From Azolla caroliniana (Eukaryota; Plantae; Polypodiophyta), in assembly GCA_043228905.1 (NCBI GenBank), contig JBHGNT010000021.1, positions 10,602,001-10,666,000 of the forward strand: 64,000 nt of DNA, written 5' to 3'. The position numbers and the translations under genes are program-made. Below are positions 1 to 11,053 of this stretch, piece by piece. Each line of letters begins with the position of its first letter. Positions within the stretch are counted from its first letter, which is position 1. Below the pieces are notes generated by a model. The model searched no databases and was not told the origin of the DNA. It worked only from the letters and a program-made list of their open reading frames with translations.

Positions 1-332
1 TATCGCGACAAAGAATCCATCGAGCTCAGAGCACAGACTAATTTCAAGCACTCCAAAGCATTACCTCCGAAGCACTACCTCCGCCAGACATCATGAACAA
101 GGGAAAGAAGATCACCAGGTTAGCAATATTCTTTACATTTTTTAAGATTCTAAAAGATTCCTTAAAGATTCCTTTTGACAATAAGCAATAATCCCCAAAT
201 ATTTTGTTATGGAAACACACCATCAAATTAAAATGCACTTAAACTTCACTAGATGGTTAAGGAGAAGTCATGTCGAGTATTTTAAATTATTCATTAGGAG
301 GGAATAAGCCCCTTCCCCTATTAGTATGTAAC

Positions 333-809
333 CTAATATGCATCCTGCAACTCAAAAAAATTGGGTACAACGTAGTCTTTACGCAAAGGCCAGCCGATCC
401 GGCTTTCAGGCATCAGTATACGCCTAAGACGTGGATGACACTGATAGATTATTCCTAACATGTCATAAGATTCCCGTTCCTGAAAGTCAGAACTTTTCCA
501 AACCCGAAAAACCGAAGGAATTATAGGGTTTTCTCTTGGAACAAAGATCTTTGTACAAACCTCCTCAGGTTGATCCACCTCGTCTTGCATCTGCGTGAGG
601 TGATACACGCTAACTAAAGGCCCCCCCGGTGTAGCGTCATATGCACATTGGGAACGTATGTAGTTGAAACCAAAAATGTATGGAGCAACAGCTATTGACA
701 GCCACTCTTTATCTTTAACCTACGAAGTTTCGACACCTCTATAATCATAACCTAGGGGTCTATGAGGGAATCCGTGTTTGGTCAACCAAGCGGATAATCA
801 ACCCTGCGT
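333..809 (-). pseudogene. ndhJ: Plastid NADH dehydrogenase subunit J, nuclear copy
   Basis: 477-nt frame starting at ACG (807-809): (M)[26 protein letters not shown]...RSQCAYD...[13 protein letters not shown]...[12 protein letters not shown](R)IGWPLRKDY...ELQDAY. In-frame TGA (798-800) and TAG (720-722) sit at conserved Arg and Gln positions. No frameshift. Confidence 0.95.
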
Positions 810-916
810 CGTCTTGGTGTCAAACATTTTTGTCTCGGTAGTACTCATATCGATTAAAACCTCTCTTCTGTTTCTATACCCCAAAAAACTATTAACTCAT
901 CAGCTTCCGATATTGA

Positions 917-1666
917 TTATTCTGAAAGTTGACCTTTTACTATTATTGAATCTAACGAGACCAAAAAAGCATCTAACGAGGACTCTCTACCCCGATCATC
1001 TAGTTGTTGGTTGTATTCGCCAGTGTGAATGTTGGGTACTAAATGGAGGTGATGATTCATACCAAAGTACTTTTTTCGAGTAGAACTAGAAGCTCAATCC
1101 TTGTTCCTATAGTTATTCTCTCGAGCCACTTTTTTGTGAAGTTTGGTCACAGCATCAATAATAGCTTCGGGTCTAGGTGGACAACCCGGCAAATAAATAT
1201 CTACATGAATTAATTTATCTACCCCGCGAACAGTGTTGTAGGAATCTGTACTAAACATACCTCCTGTAATTGTGCAGGCTCCCATAGCAATTACGTATTT
1301 TGGTTCAGGCATCTATTCATATAACCTAACCAGGGATGGAGCCATTTTCCTAGTTATCGTACCGGCTGTCACGATGAGGTCAGCCTATCTGGGGCTGGAC
1401 CTGGGTACTAAGCCGTATCGGTCGAAGTCAAATCGCGAACCTATTAGTGAAGCAAACTCAATAAAACAGCAGCTAGTACCGTATAATAGTGGCCACAAAC
1501 TTGATAGTCTAAACCAATTTGAAGAGTCATTAATACTAGCTAAAAAAATTGAGTTTGACGCGCCCTGATCAGGTAACAAGGACTCTATTGAATAGATAAG
1601 GGAATTCTCAGGGGGTTTAACCTTGTCACTGCTTTTCCCATTCGAATATTCAGTAATTGAGACCGT
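917..1666 (-). pseudogene. ndhK: Plastid NADH dehydrogenase subunit K, nuclear copy
   Basis: [44 protein letters not shown]...[28 protein letters not shown]...YLPGCPP. ACG start at 1664-1666. TAG at conserved Gln codons 1385-1387 and 1313-1315, and TGA at 1094-1096. The 3' end is approximate. Confidence 0.93.
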
Positions 1667-1690
1667 TCCGATGCTCCTTTTCGCCATGCA
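1657..1690 (-). pseudogene. ndhC: 3' end of plastid ndhC (AWRKGA[S>L]E[R>W]S[Q>stop])
   Basis: GCA TGG CGA AAA GGA GCA TCG GAA CGG TCT CAA matches the conserved NdhC end AWRKGALEWS* after three C-to-U edits. It overlaps the ndhK start as in plastomes. Confidence 0.85.
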
Positions 1691-1874
1691 CTGCATCGAA
1701 TTTTCGTTGAAAAAATAGGGTTTTGTAGATAGAAAATTGATGTCCCTCATCACCGTTTTCTCATCATTTCGATACTATTTTTAGTGTTTTGTATTTAATT
1801 TTTCTTTATTTTATTGCTTTCTCCATCGTTTTTGTTCAAATAGTATGGTCTTGTTCATAATTAACCTAAATAGG

Positions 1875-4800
1875 ATGTTGTCTTAATTTCAATGACTCTC
1901 GTCAAAAAGTTCCTTCGTTTAAACTAAAGATTCAAACTCCAACAAAGCGAAATTCTGACTCTTTTGTCAAAGATGTCTCTAGAAGAACTCTATTTGACTC
2001 AACGAGGGATGGAGCATCTAAGTCTTCTATTGCAACGACCAAAAATAACAAGGGTGGGGCCCAAGAAGAGAAAACATCTGAAGTTAAATATACGAATTAC
2101 CTAGAGTTAGAATGGTGTCTCTCTTATGTCGAGGAAGATGGGGGGTGCTGCTCTTAATAACAGCTAAGTCAGACGGTAAAGGTAAATTGGAGCTTGGAAA
2201 AACATTTAACTATGGACATGTAACCAAGCTAGAATATGAAGATATTGATTCTTCGAGTATTATAATCGATGTCTCGAGCTCTGTTGGCTCTAGATGATTG
2301 CGTCTTGACGAGGGAAACCTAGTAGCAGAATGTTGCAACCCCAAGTCATTACGTAAAGACATTCAAACGAAGAACAACTTATTAGTTGCACTGCGGCCGT
2401 ATGTGACAAGAGAAATGATGAGCGGTGAAGCACAAACTCCACCAAAAAATTCTAGAAGGAAAAATCCAGTTCATAAGAAATACAACAAACGACCACGACC
2501 CAACGAAGATGATGAAGAGGTTTTAGAATTCGTGGAGGAAGAAGAAGAGCACCAAGTCGATGTCGTGGCTCCGAGAGGTCAACTATATTCCGATGTATTG
2601 ACGTCTGAACAAAATAAAATAAGAGAAAATATTGTTAAGACAAAACTTGTGCGTAAGGGGCACCTGTTTCATTTGCCAATTACTTCAATCCAGAGGCCTC
2701 CAATTGATCCCTTGACTGGAAGACGTCCCCTAGAAATTAGAGAGTTGCACGTTGTCCATGTGCAAAACTTGAAGAGCAAAATGAAAATTAATCCTCATGC
2801 TATTGTCATGCCGAAGCTCGTAGACAACTTGTGAAAGAATACCCTCTCACCTCCTTCTTTAAGTACGCTGAATGTAAAGTATATGCAGGACTCACTCACG
2901 AGGAGGCGAAGCTACTAGCATGGGACCATAAACAATGATAATGATTATAGGCAAAAGATGTCATGCATTGAAAGGATCAGATTTTTTCATCATGAGTACC
3001 TAGATGCATTAAATCGTTTTGGCCCAAGGTTGTGGCCTGGTTTGCGTCGCCAGTGTTTACTGGAAGTGGGGATTGCAGTGGATGAGAGCACAAAATTAGA
3101 AGGGCTACGAAAATATGATTCCTGGTTTCAACTAGCCTTTCGGACTGGAGAGGTGTGGGATCTCCAGGAAAAAATATTTAGCATGTGGGAGTGGAAAGAG
3201 GTCAAAGGGCAAAGGGCAAAGAAGGGAAGGATTGATCCACAAGTTGAGATCAAATCGAAGTCAAAGGGCAAAAGTGACTTGGTAATCGAGGAGTTAGCGG
3301 AAGACATGAAACTTTTACTTTGGAGGTCATTATAGGGTATTAAAGATGATAGGCTATTAATACCGATGCTATCTCGAGTTGTTGCCAAGGAATTTAGTTT
3401 GGACGAGATGGTTACTGAATTGCGAAAGTAAGGGTTTATAGTACACAATGTTTCAGCATATTCTTCTATTATTATTGATTTTTAATTTCTAATTTCATAT
3501 TTATTGTATAGTCACAAGGTTAACATGAAGATTCAGGGGTTGATGATGCAAAAATTGAGTTCACCGACATGGGAAGAAGTGGAGCAAGTCTGCCCGATAA
3601 CTTCTTCCTACAAGGCATTGGAAGAATATTTTATTGTTTTTAGAGAATGGGTATGTGTCATTTGAATGTTAATACATTGAAAGCTAATGTTCTCTCCTAA
3701 CAACATTGACACTTGCAGAAACCATTGAAATCCAAAAAGACCAACGACAATAATGATGGTATTCCAGCTGCCTTTATCACACACTTAGAACGTGCAAAGT
3801 ATGAGAAGAGAATGACCAAAGGGAAAGACATGGGAACTGCCTGAGGATTCAGAGACTGTGAAGAGTTTTTTGCATAGTTATGATCCTTATAAACAGTTAC
3901 ATTATAGTGTATTTAATGGGGAAGTATCACAAATGCTCAATCTGTTACCGAGAAGGCACTACACTTTGCTGATAGCCGACATACCATATGGATTCTGAAT
4001 TGCGGGATCAACATATGATGATGTGCCTTTCAAGTACCCCCAAATCGAGAAGATGGTAAAGGATTTCGCCAAACTGACATTGGCCCCCTTGTGGAGGATA
4101 ATCATATTCCATAGCATGGGGCAATCACTATCAGTCACAACAGCTCTAAAGTCACGTTGCCATGCCACTGAACACATGTATTGGTGTGTTACGGTTTGTT
4201 TTTAATCATTATGATACTTGTTATTATATGTTGACATTCATACCTCTAAAACATGATTTTATTTCTTTGTAGGATTAAAACAAATATTACATGTAGCCCT
4301 GGCGATCGAATGGTTAGTGCGGTCGAACATTTTTGTGTGGGTTACTATGATTCAATAACAAAGAAGAAGGCTAGAGCACATGTCAACGAGCGTAACGTGG
4401 TAAATTATATCATGTGCCCAGCTGTCACAAAAAAATTAAGGCATGTTTTAGGTGATAAGAGTATGGTGAATCCTTATCAAAAACCTCAAAGATTGATCAA
4501 CCGCCTCCTAGAGCTCTTCTCGAATCCAGATGATTGGGTCCTAGACTTGTTCTTTGGCACAGGTATATAAAATATATTTACTTTGATTTCTATCGATCAA
4601 GTTTAAGACTTTAATTCTTATATATACTTGTTCGTGTTCATGCGGCCATTAGGTACTACAACAGCTTGTGCATTGAAGATGTTTCGAAACTATGTTGTGT
4701 TGGAGAAGGACCCTGCACAAGTTAACTTCATCAAAATGAGGATCACAAGAATCTGGGATTGTCCAGATCAAGATCAAGAAGTTGGAGCTAAGCACATCAA

Positions 4801-5002
4801 TGAGATAGAGATGTTCCAAATTACTTCACGAGAACCAATGGAACCTATTGATGAAGAAGCAGGGGAGCTTGTGGACCTAGAAGATGTAACACAATTTGAA
4901 CATACATCAGATTCAGGAGAGCATGGAGATGACACAAACGAGAATAGTCTAGAACAATCAGCGCTTGAAGAGCCTAGTGTGCCATATTTGCTTATAGATT
5001 GA
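1875..5002 (+). pseudogene. Intron-containing ParB-like domain + beta-class N6-adenine/N4-cytosine DNA methyltransferase fusion, decayed copy
   Basis: Splicing at GT-AG introns 3428-3511, 3651-3718, 4184-4272 and 4563-4652 keeps frame. The product reads YSVFNGEVSQMLNLLPRRHYTLLIADIPYG (motif IV, DIPY at 3978-3989), WIKTN, EHFCVG, NPYQKPQRLINRLLELFSNPDDWVLDLFFGTGTT (motif I), ACALKMFRNYVVLEKDPAQVNFIKMRI. Motif IV before motif I indicates beta class. Lesions: stops at 3333 and 3996, frameshifts or a deletion near 2810, 2930 and 3835. The 5' start is uncertain. Confidence 0.85.
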
Positions 5003-5699
5003 TTTAGATGGCATAATGTATACTTTGAGGATTTTTGAGGCATAATGTATACCTTGACTTGATATTGTTTTTGTATATGAGAACAAAAGTAATCGTTTAC
5101 CATTTAATTTTATTCACCCGTTCATAATTTCACTTTTTAATCATTTTTTGAACTGTAATTTGTATATACATATGATTGGTCACCATGCTCTTCTCCAGTT
5201 TGGGGTATTAACATGATATTATACTTTCTCATTTCTCCTAGCATGATTATATACATGAACTTGTGAATGTTCTTGATAATAAAAGGTTTTCAGTTACCTA
5301 CGTTCCAAGTCTGTTGGTTTCAAATAGTATAAATGAACGTGGTACATAATTGTTACTCTTACCAATTACATTGTGATTGATTATGTGACATTATACAACG
5401 AAACTATCGATATACCCGTCCAACAAGTGGGGGACTACCTTTTTCCTCAACCCTAAACCACATATTAACATTTAGCATTTATGTAGTTTTACTCTACAAT
5501 TTGAATATGGATACCAAATAAAAATGTTTAATATTCAACCTAGTATTCAATTGTACTCCATGATATACAAATTGACACGAAAACAAGACGTATACAATTC
5601 ACCAAATGCTTGGATTTTATTTGTTTCTATATTTCACCATCCATTCGCAAAATAGGTACGCATGCATTGTACATTTTCGAAATCATGCTAAATTAGGGT

Positions 5700-6350
5700 A
5701 CTTTTCTGCATCTCACGAACTATGGCAAAAGAGAATACGACATATTACCTGTTTCAAATGACCCAGTGTTGAGTGATTTAGAACAATGGAGTGTAGACTT
5801 TCCAGGTGTTTGTCTTTGTTGAATATGATCTTGTAGAGAGTTGCCAAATGAGGGATACCAAAAATGATCTTCAAAGTGCACAAAAGAAGAGTTACTGATA
5901 GAGACAAAGTAGACAGCGGCTACGGCAACGGGATCAAGAAGGCGCCAGGATCTAATACCAAATGTTGTGAACTGAGGCCGTCATTGCGGAAACATCAACA
6001 ACACCTTTCGATGATGATCACAAGGGTGTACAAGTGAAAGCAAGATCGAAGAACAAAATGAGAGAGAGAGAGAGAGAGACAAAGAGGCATCAAAATGGTT
6101 ACAATACAATGGAGGCAACAACTCTCTATCAATAGCAACAACTCAAATGAACAACCCTTACAAACTAGGTTAGAAAGCCCATTATATACTAACTGGGCTA
6201 GGGCAATTGCCCTTTGACATATTTATAGAATTGTCCTAAATATAGTTTGTCCAAGGGACAATGTGAATATGGCCATAATATACCCATATTCGGCAAGTAG
6301 CACCAATGTAATGATCCTTCACTAGATTTGGTGGTGTTGCCAATGAAGGT
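5700..6350 (-). mobile_element. Degenerate LTR retrotransposon remnant (LTR + PBS-like site)
   Basis: gatctaatacca (5948-5959) is a decayed reverse complement of the tRNA-Met PBS, next to an LTR-like segment starting TGTTG. An ELWQKRIRHI pre-integrase-like remnant lies at ~5715 on the + strand. Boundaries are approximate. Confidence 0.5.
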
Positions 6351-7020
6351 TTGCAGTAGTCATGTGGTATGATGGCATGTTCTTATATTCTTCAGTTTTC
6401 CCCTCCTAAACATGCATTGGTGCACACGTAAACGGATATTCTACTTTTTCAGTAATATGTTGTATGTGTATGGCTTTGTGTGTAATGTAAGTATTCATAA
6501 TAGACTTCAATTTCTATGTGTATCTACCCCTATGTGTAATTCTTACATTTGTAAATTTGTATCTTATATATCCAATATCTATGCACACACAAATTGGAGT
6601 AATATTGTAAGGGTTATCTTTGGGTTTTTCGCAATAAGTGAATTTATTTGTGTTTGAATTTGTAAATATGTAGTGTAAGTTTTGTGTGAGTAATGTATGC
6701 GAGAGTGTTCTATATGTGTTTGTGCTTGAATGTATTTTTGCTTTGATAAGGGGGGTATTGACTTTAGGAATAGTGGGCACAAAGATGAAAGACAAAATTA
6801 ATAAATAGTGCCAACCCTAGGCTCAATACTAACCCAAGGGTCAGGCGGAGGGCCGACGACAAGGAGAAGGTCTAGAGTAGACCTTCACATCTATTGAAGA
6901 CATTCACATGTCGTTATGAATCAATGGTGGCATTTAACCCACACGACATTGTTCTAACTTAGGCATTGCTTTTCATGCCCACCTCCTGTCTCTTCATCAC
7001 CACCATGGAGATACACACAT

Positions 7021-7235
7021 GATAGAACTCTTAGAGTTGTATGTTGGTGCACTCAACACGATAAAAATCTTAGAGTTCTATTGTAGTGACCCCTATATGA
7101 TAGAACTCGTTGAGTCCATTGTTGGAGAGCTATACTTGACATAACTCTTTGAGTTTTATCATGGCGAAGTAACCACAATAGGCTCCTTATAAGATAACTT
7201 TTAGAGTTTGCTCATGTTGAGCTCAACACTAGATC
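7021..7235. repeat. Degenerate ~39-bp tandem repeat with palindromic core (AGAACTC-TTA-GAGTTCT)
   Basis: Units begin at about 7021, 7060, 7099 and 7138, plus a partial unit near 7192. Confidence 0.6.
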
Positions 7236-7964
7236 TTGTCATAAGAGGTCAATGTTAAGCTTCAAGTGTTGCCCAATGCAAGGGGAACAAATTTGTGGGA
7301 TTTGGAGTTTTGGGGTTCACATCCTACATCTATAGAAAAATAAGCATGTATAGTAAAATCCCACTTTCAGGTCAAGCTTGCAAGTTCAACTCACCAATCA
7401 TTTTGCATGGGATTTCCAATGTTTTGTTTGATGCTTCTTTTGTCGAATGTTAATCACCTTCGAAGTAGAACTTCTAGATATGTATATCTAATTAAATTTG
7501 GTGGCAAATTACAATGTCCACATTTTAGTAGATTACAAGGGAATTTGTGGTTATAAATCCTACAAGTTTACAATGAAGTTTTGGCAAATTTAATTGAAGT
7601 GGCATCAAACTAAATTTTACGGGAGCCCTTTTACATTGGGTGACAAAATATTGGAATAAAAGAGAGTACTACAAGGTCAAAAGAGATCAAAATAGAAGAG
7701 AGTTAGTGGGATATCTTTGAGTTTCATAAAACTTCAATGAAGAAAATATTGCCTTGGTTGTCATAAGTTTACCATGCAACCTTGTTATTCGCTACAAATT
7801 TAGGATTTCTTGTATGTGAGTGGATAATTGTTGCAAATTGTCAATTTACGTTGTTATTATCTTAATGTTCTTTTTTCTCACTTTTTCTCATAGTGACCAC
7901 TCCAACTAAAATCCCACCCTAATGTAAAACTTGACTTTTCTATGCTTTTCACCCTTCATAGGAA

Positions 7965-8150
7965 CCACATCATGAAATTAGAGTTTTGGCTCATCAAGCC
8001 ACTTTATAGTCTCAAACAAGCACTTAGAGCATGGCACTTAAAGATAACGCAATATCTCCTCAATCTCAGATTTAGCAAGTATGTAAATCAGGCATGATCT
8101 ACATGCAAAGCAAATCTAACAAAACATTAATCCTCTTGTACGTTCATGAT
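7965..8150 (+). mobile_element. Ty1/Copia reverse transcriptase relic
   Basis: Translates PLYSLKQALRAWHLKITQYLLNLRF, a decayed LYGLKQAPRAW motif. Confidence 0.65.
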
Positions 8151-11053
8151 CTAGTAAAAAACACTTGACCGCCATCAAGAAAGTGAAGTTTCTTGTTGCT
8201 ACAAAGTTATGTAATGAAGGATATGAACAAACTTTTCTTATTTCCTTGGCATCAAGATCATTCATACACATCACATGATCTTCCTTTCCCAACACAATCA
8301 CATTTGTCACTTTTATTACTTTAGGTGCCATGGTGTAAATGACCAAGATAACAAATAAAAGAAGAGAAGAAAAATGCAATATAGGTGTTGACGATCGAAA
8401 GCTAAAAGAGCTAAGAGATTAATTGGGCAAATGTTTTTCAAAAACTAAAATGGTTTATGAGATAGGTTACTTACTATTTATAGAGAAAGGAAGATGAGTG
8501 AGGTATTTAATATGATGATTGTGGGGCCTTATATATACTAGGTATGAATGTGGGTACTTTGGGTGCTAAGTCCTAGACTAGTTTTAGCTATTTAATGTTG
8601 TTGTGATGTGGAGTGTACGAAAGCTTGGAATTTTTCACAAGCTAACCACCAAAAGAAAACTAAAAAAGATTAAAACAAGAAAGGATAGATCAAATGGTAA
8701 GGGAAAGTCATTATTAACAAGAAAGTTAACGTTTTGCAATAGGAATCAGCAACGGTTCAATTTTAGCTTAATCGTTTTGACCTTGTCCAAACCAAACCGG
8801 TTAAGCCTTAACTAGTTTGAGAGTTTTCAAACTTGAACTAAATAGGTTCGTAAACTGGTTAAGGCTTAACCAGTTTAGCCCTAAATGGTTTGGTTCGGCT
8901 TGAGCCTTGCCAAACTAATCTCTAACCACTTAAGGAGGATCAAATTTCAACTGAACCAAACCGTCAAACTGTTTTTAAACAATTTAATGGCTCGTTCAAG
9001 CTTGACTCAAGTCGTTGCCAACTCCTTGTTGGCAACATGTGCTTTTGTCGAATCAAGCATGTATGCAAAGATAGGAATAGGTCCATGCTAAAAGAAAAAG
9101 GCGTGCTGCACACTAAAAGAGGAGATCTCATTTTTAAGTGATAGGAGCTCATGATTGGGTTTACAAGTTTTGGGAAACTTAGCGTCCAAGACTTGATGAC
9201 AAACTAAATTACTTCATAAGGTGGCAAATCTCTAGGGAGTGTGGGAGGCTTACAATGGCCACTTAAAGCGCATTTACTTTTCTTGTTTTATATAACTGCC
9301 AAATTGATAACTACACCTAATGATAAGACTTAGGAATTCATTAAAAAGTCTACTTGAAACCCGAACTATTGTCAAAAATATTCATCAATAATATCTCGAT
9401 AAGCCAACTCCTAGCTTGCACAATGCGAGTTGTGGAGCTCATCATTGAGGTAGGTGGAAGGTGTCATCAACACAAAAAAGGCACAACATTTGAAGGGGCC
9501 TAAAACTCATGACTACCCTAGTCATATAGGCCACCTTAACCAATAGGCCAACATTCTTGTTTTTATCTATCAAAGAAGTATTTTTGTTATTTTACCTTTT
9601 CATCTAACATTGTTTTAGGCAATTGTCCTTGCCACTTAGACATAATGGCTATCCCATCTACCATATTTAGTGCAACATTCCTTCCATTAATGACATACGA
9701 GAGGGTAGGCACCTGCTTATGCCAACAAGGTGGTCACCACGTTGTAAAGGTAATCAATCCCATTTATCGTTGCTAAGTTCTCTTAAAACTTGCTCAATGT
9801 CTCACGAGAAATAAAATAAAATAAAATAAATATTCATAATTGTTAATTAGTGTAACTTCTCCATTGTATTTTATTGTCTCCATCTCATTACTCACTATAG
9901 TCTATTGGTTGTACAACTACTTTAATCAATATGTTCACTGATCTTAGTGCTTGTCAAGATATTTTTCGATAAAGGTGGCATCTGAATTAGTTAAGAAGCT
10001 AGTGCAAAGAAGGGGCACAAAGTACTAGGTGATGATAAGAAGGTGACAAATATTGTGAGAGAAAATGAATGTCATTCCAACTTTAATACAACTCTAAAAA
10101 TTACAAGTGTCACAATCCACACAACTACTTTTGATATTGAAAAAGTTACTACCTTCCACATTGCAATGTAACGTAAATTTACTATCTCCCAAAGAACATT
10201 TATGAGGGAGCTATTCATGTCTTTTGAAAGAGAGAGAGAGAGAGAGAGTGTAAGCTAATCTAAAGCAAAAAAGGTCGGTTTCATAAGTGAAAATAAAAGA
10301 AAGAAGGGAGTCATTAAGATCTTTCATGGTTAGCCTAATTGCCAAGGACTTTGTATCAATGGTGCATTAAAGTCAGAATATTCTCCTTGAACATCAAATA
10401 AGTTGAGAAATGCATCCCGCCTAAAACTGTGGATTACTTGTAGGAAATAAGGAAACCAGTTCCCCTTATAGGAATGGTCAAAATATTTAACTTGAAACAT
10501 CATGTGGTTGTGTTCAACATAAAAAAGAATGAGATAGCTCACTTCGGAGGTAGATTGGAGTGTTAACAATATGTTATTTTGAGTCCTTAGACTAATAACA
10601 ACTTGTATAGTGGTAATAATTGTCATTGCGTAAAATTGTCAAAGTTTTGGTACTCTTTGCAAAGACATGATAGGATTAAACATGTTTGTATGCATTGTGC
10701 ATTTCTTTTCCGAGAGAAAAAATCAACGCTATTGTTCAATAATGTCATGCTCTACCTAAGCAAAGTATTCCATAGGGACTATGTAAATGTACAATAGTCA
10801 CATGTAAACTTGCTTTTAGAGTATAGGATGGAAATGATGCATGGGAGGAAAATTTGATGTTGATTAAGTACGTTATCTTTACAAAGTTCTTGACTTGGTA
10901 GTACAATGGAAGTATCATTATATCAAATGATGTAACAAGATTAGATCAATTTGCAATAAATAATTGAAACCATTGATAACATAATAGTGATGTATCAATA
11001 ACATAATAAGAGAGTTGGGTGGTATCTTGTGAGTGTGTATACATATATTATAG

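Larger units (their letters stand above)
333..1690 (-). other. Nuclear plastid DNA insertion (NUPT): ndhC 3' end - ndhK - ndhJ
   Basis: The plastid gene order ndhC-ndhK-ndhJ, with the native ndhC/ndhK overlap, is embedded in TE-rich nuclear-type DNA. Homology stops abruptly at ~1690 inside ndhC. The left boundary may extend below 333. Confidence 0.9.

Noticed and set aside
333-1690. Window being genuine plastid DNA
   Set aside because: Flanked by spliceosomal-intron genes and LTR retrotransposons, and ndhC is truncated.
1667-1753. N-terminal extension of ndhK in ORF 1385..1753
   Set aside because: Read-through artefact: the true start is the edited ACG at 1666 and plastid homology ends at ~1690.
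1875-5002. Bacterial contamination or a restriction-modification locus
   Set aside because: Four GT-AG introns, repeat-type C>T decay and no adjacent endonuclease gene.
7021-7235. CRISPR-like look (palindromic repeat plus variable spacers)
   Set aside because: The repeats are degenerate, the linkers are short (~20 bp) and partly similar, there are no cas genes and the context is eukaryotic.
9300-10800. Short ORFs downstream of GASA
   Set aside because: No motifs or consistent splice structure found.
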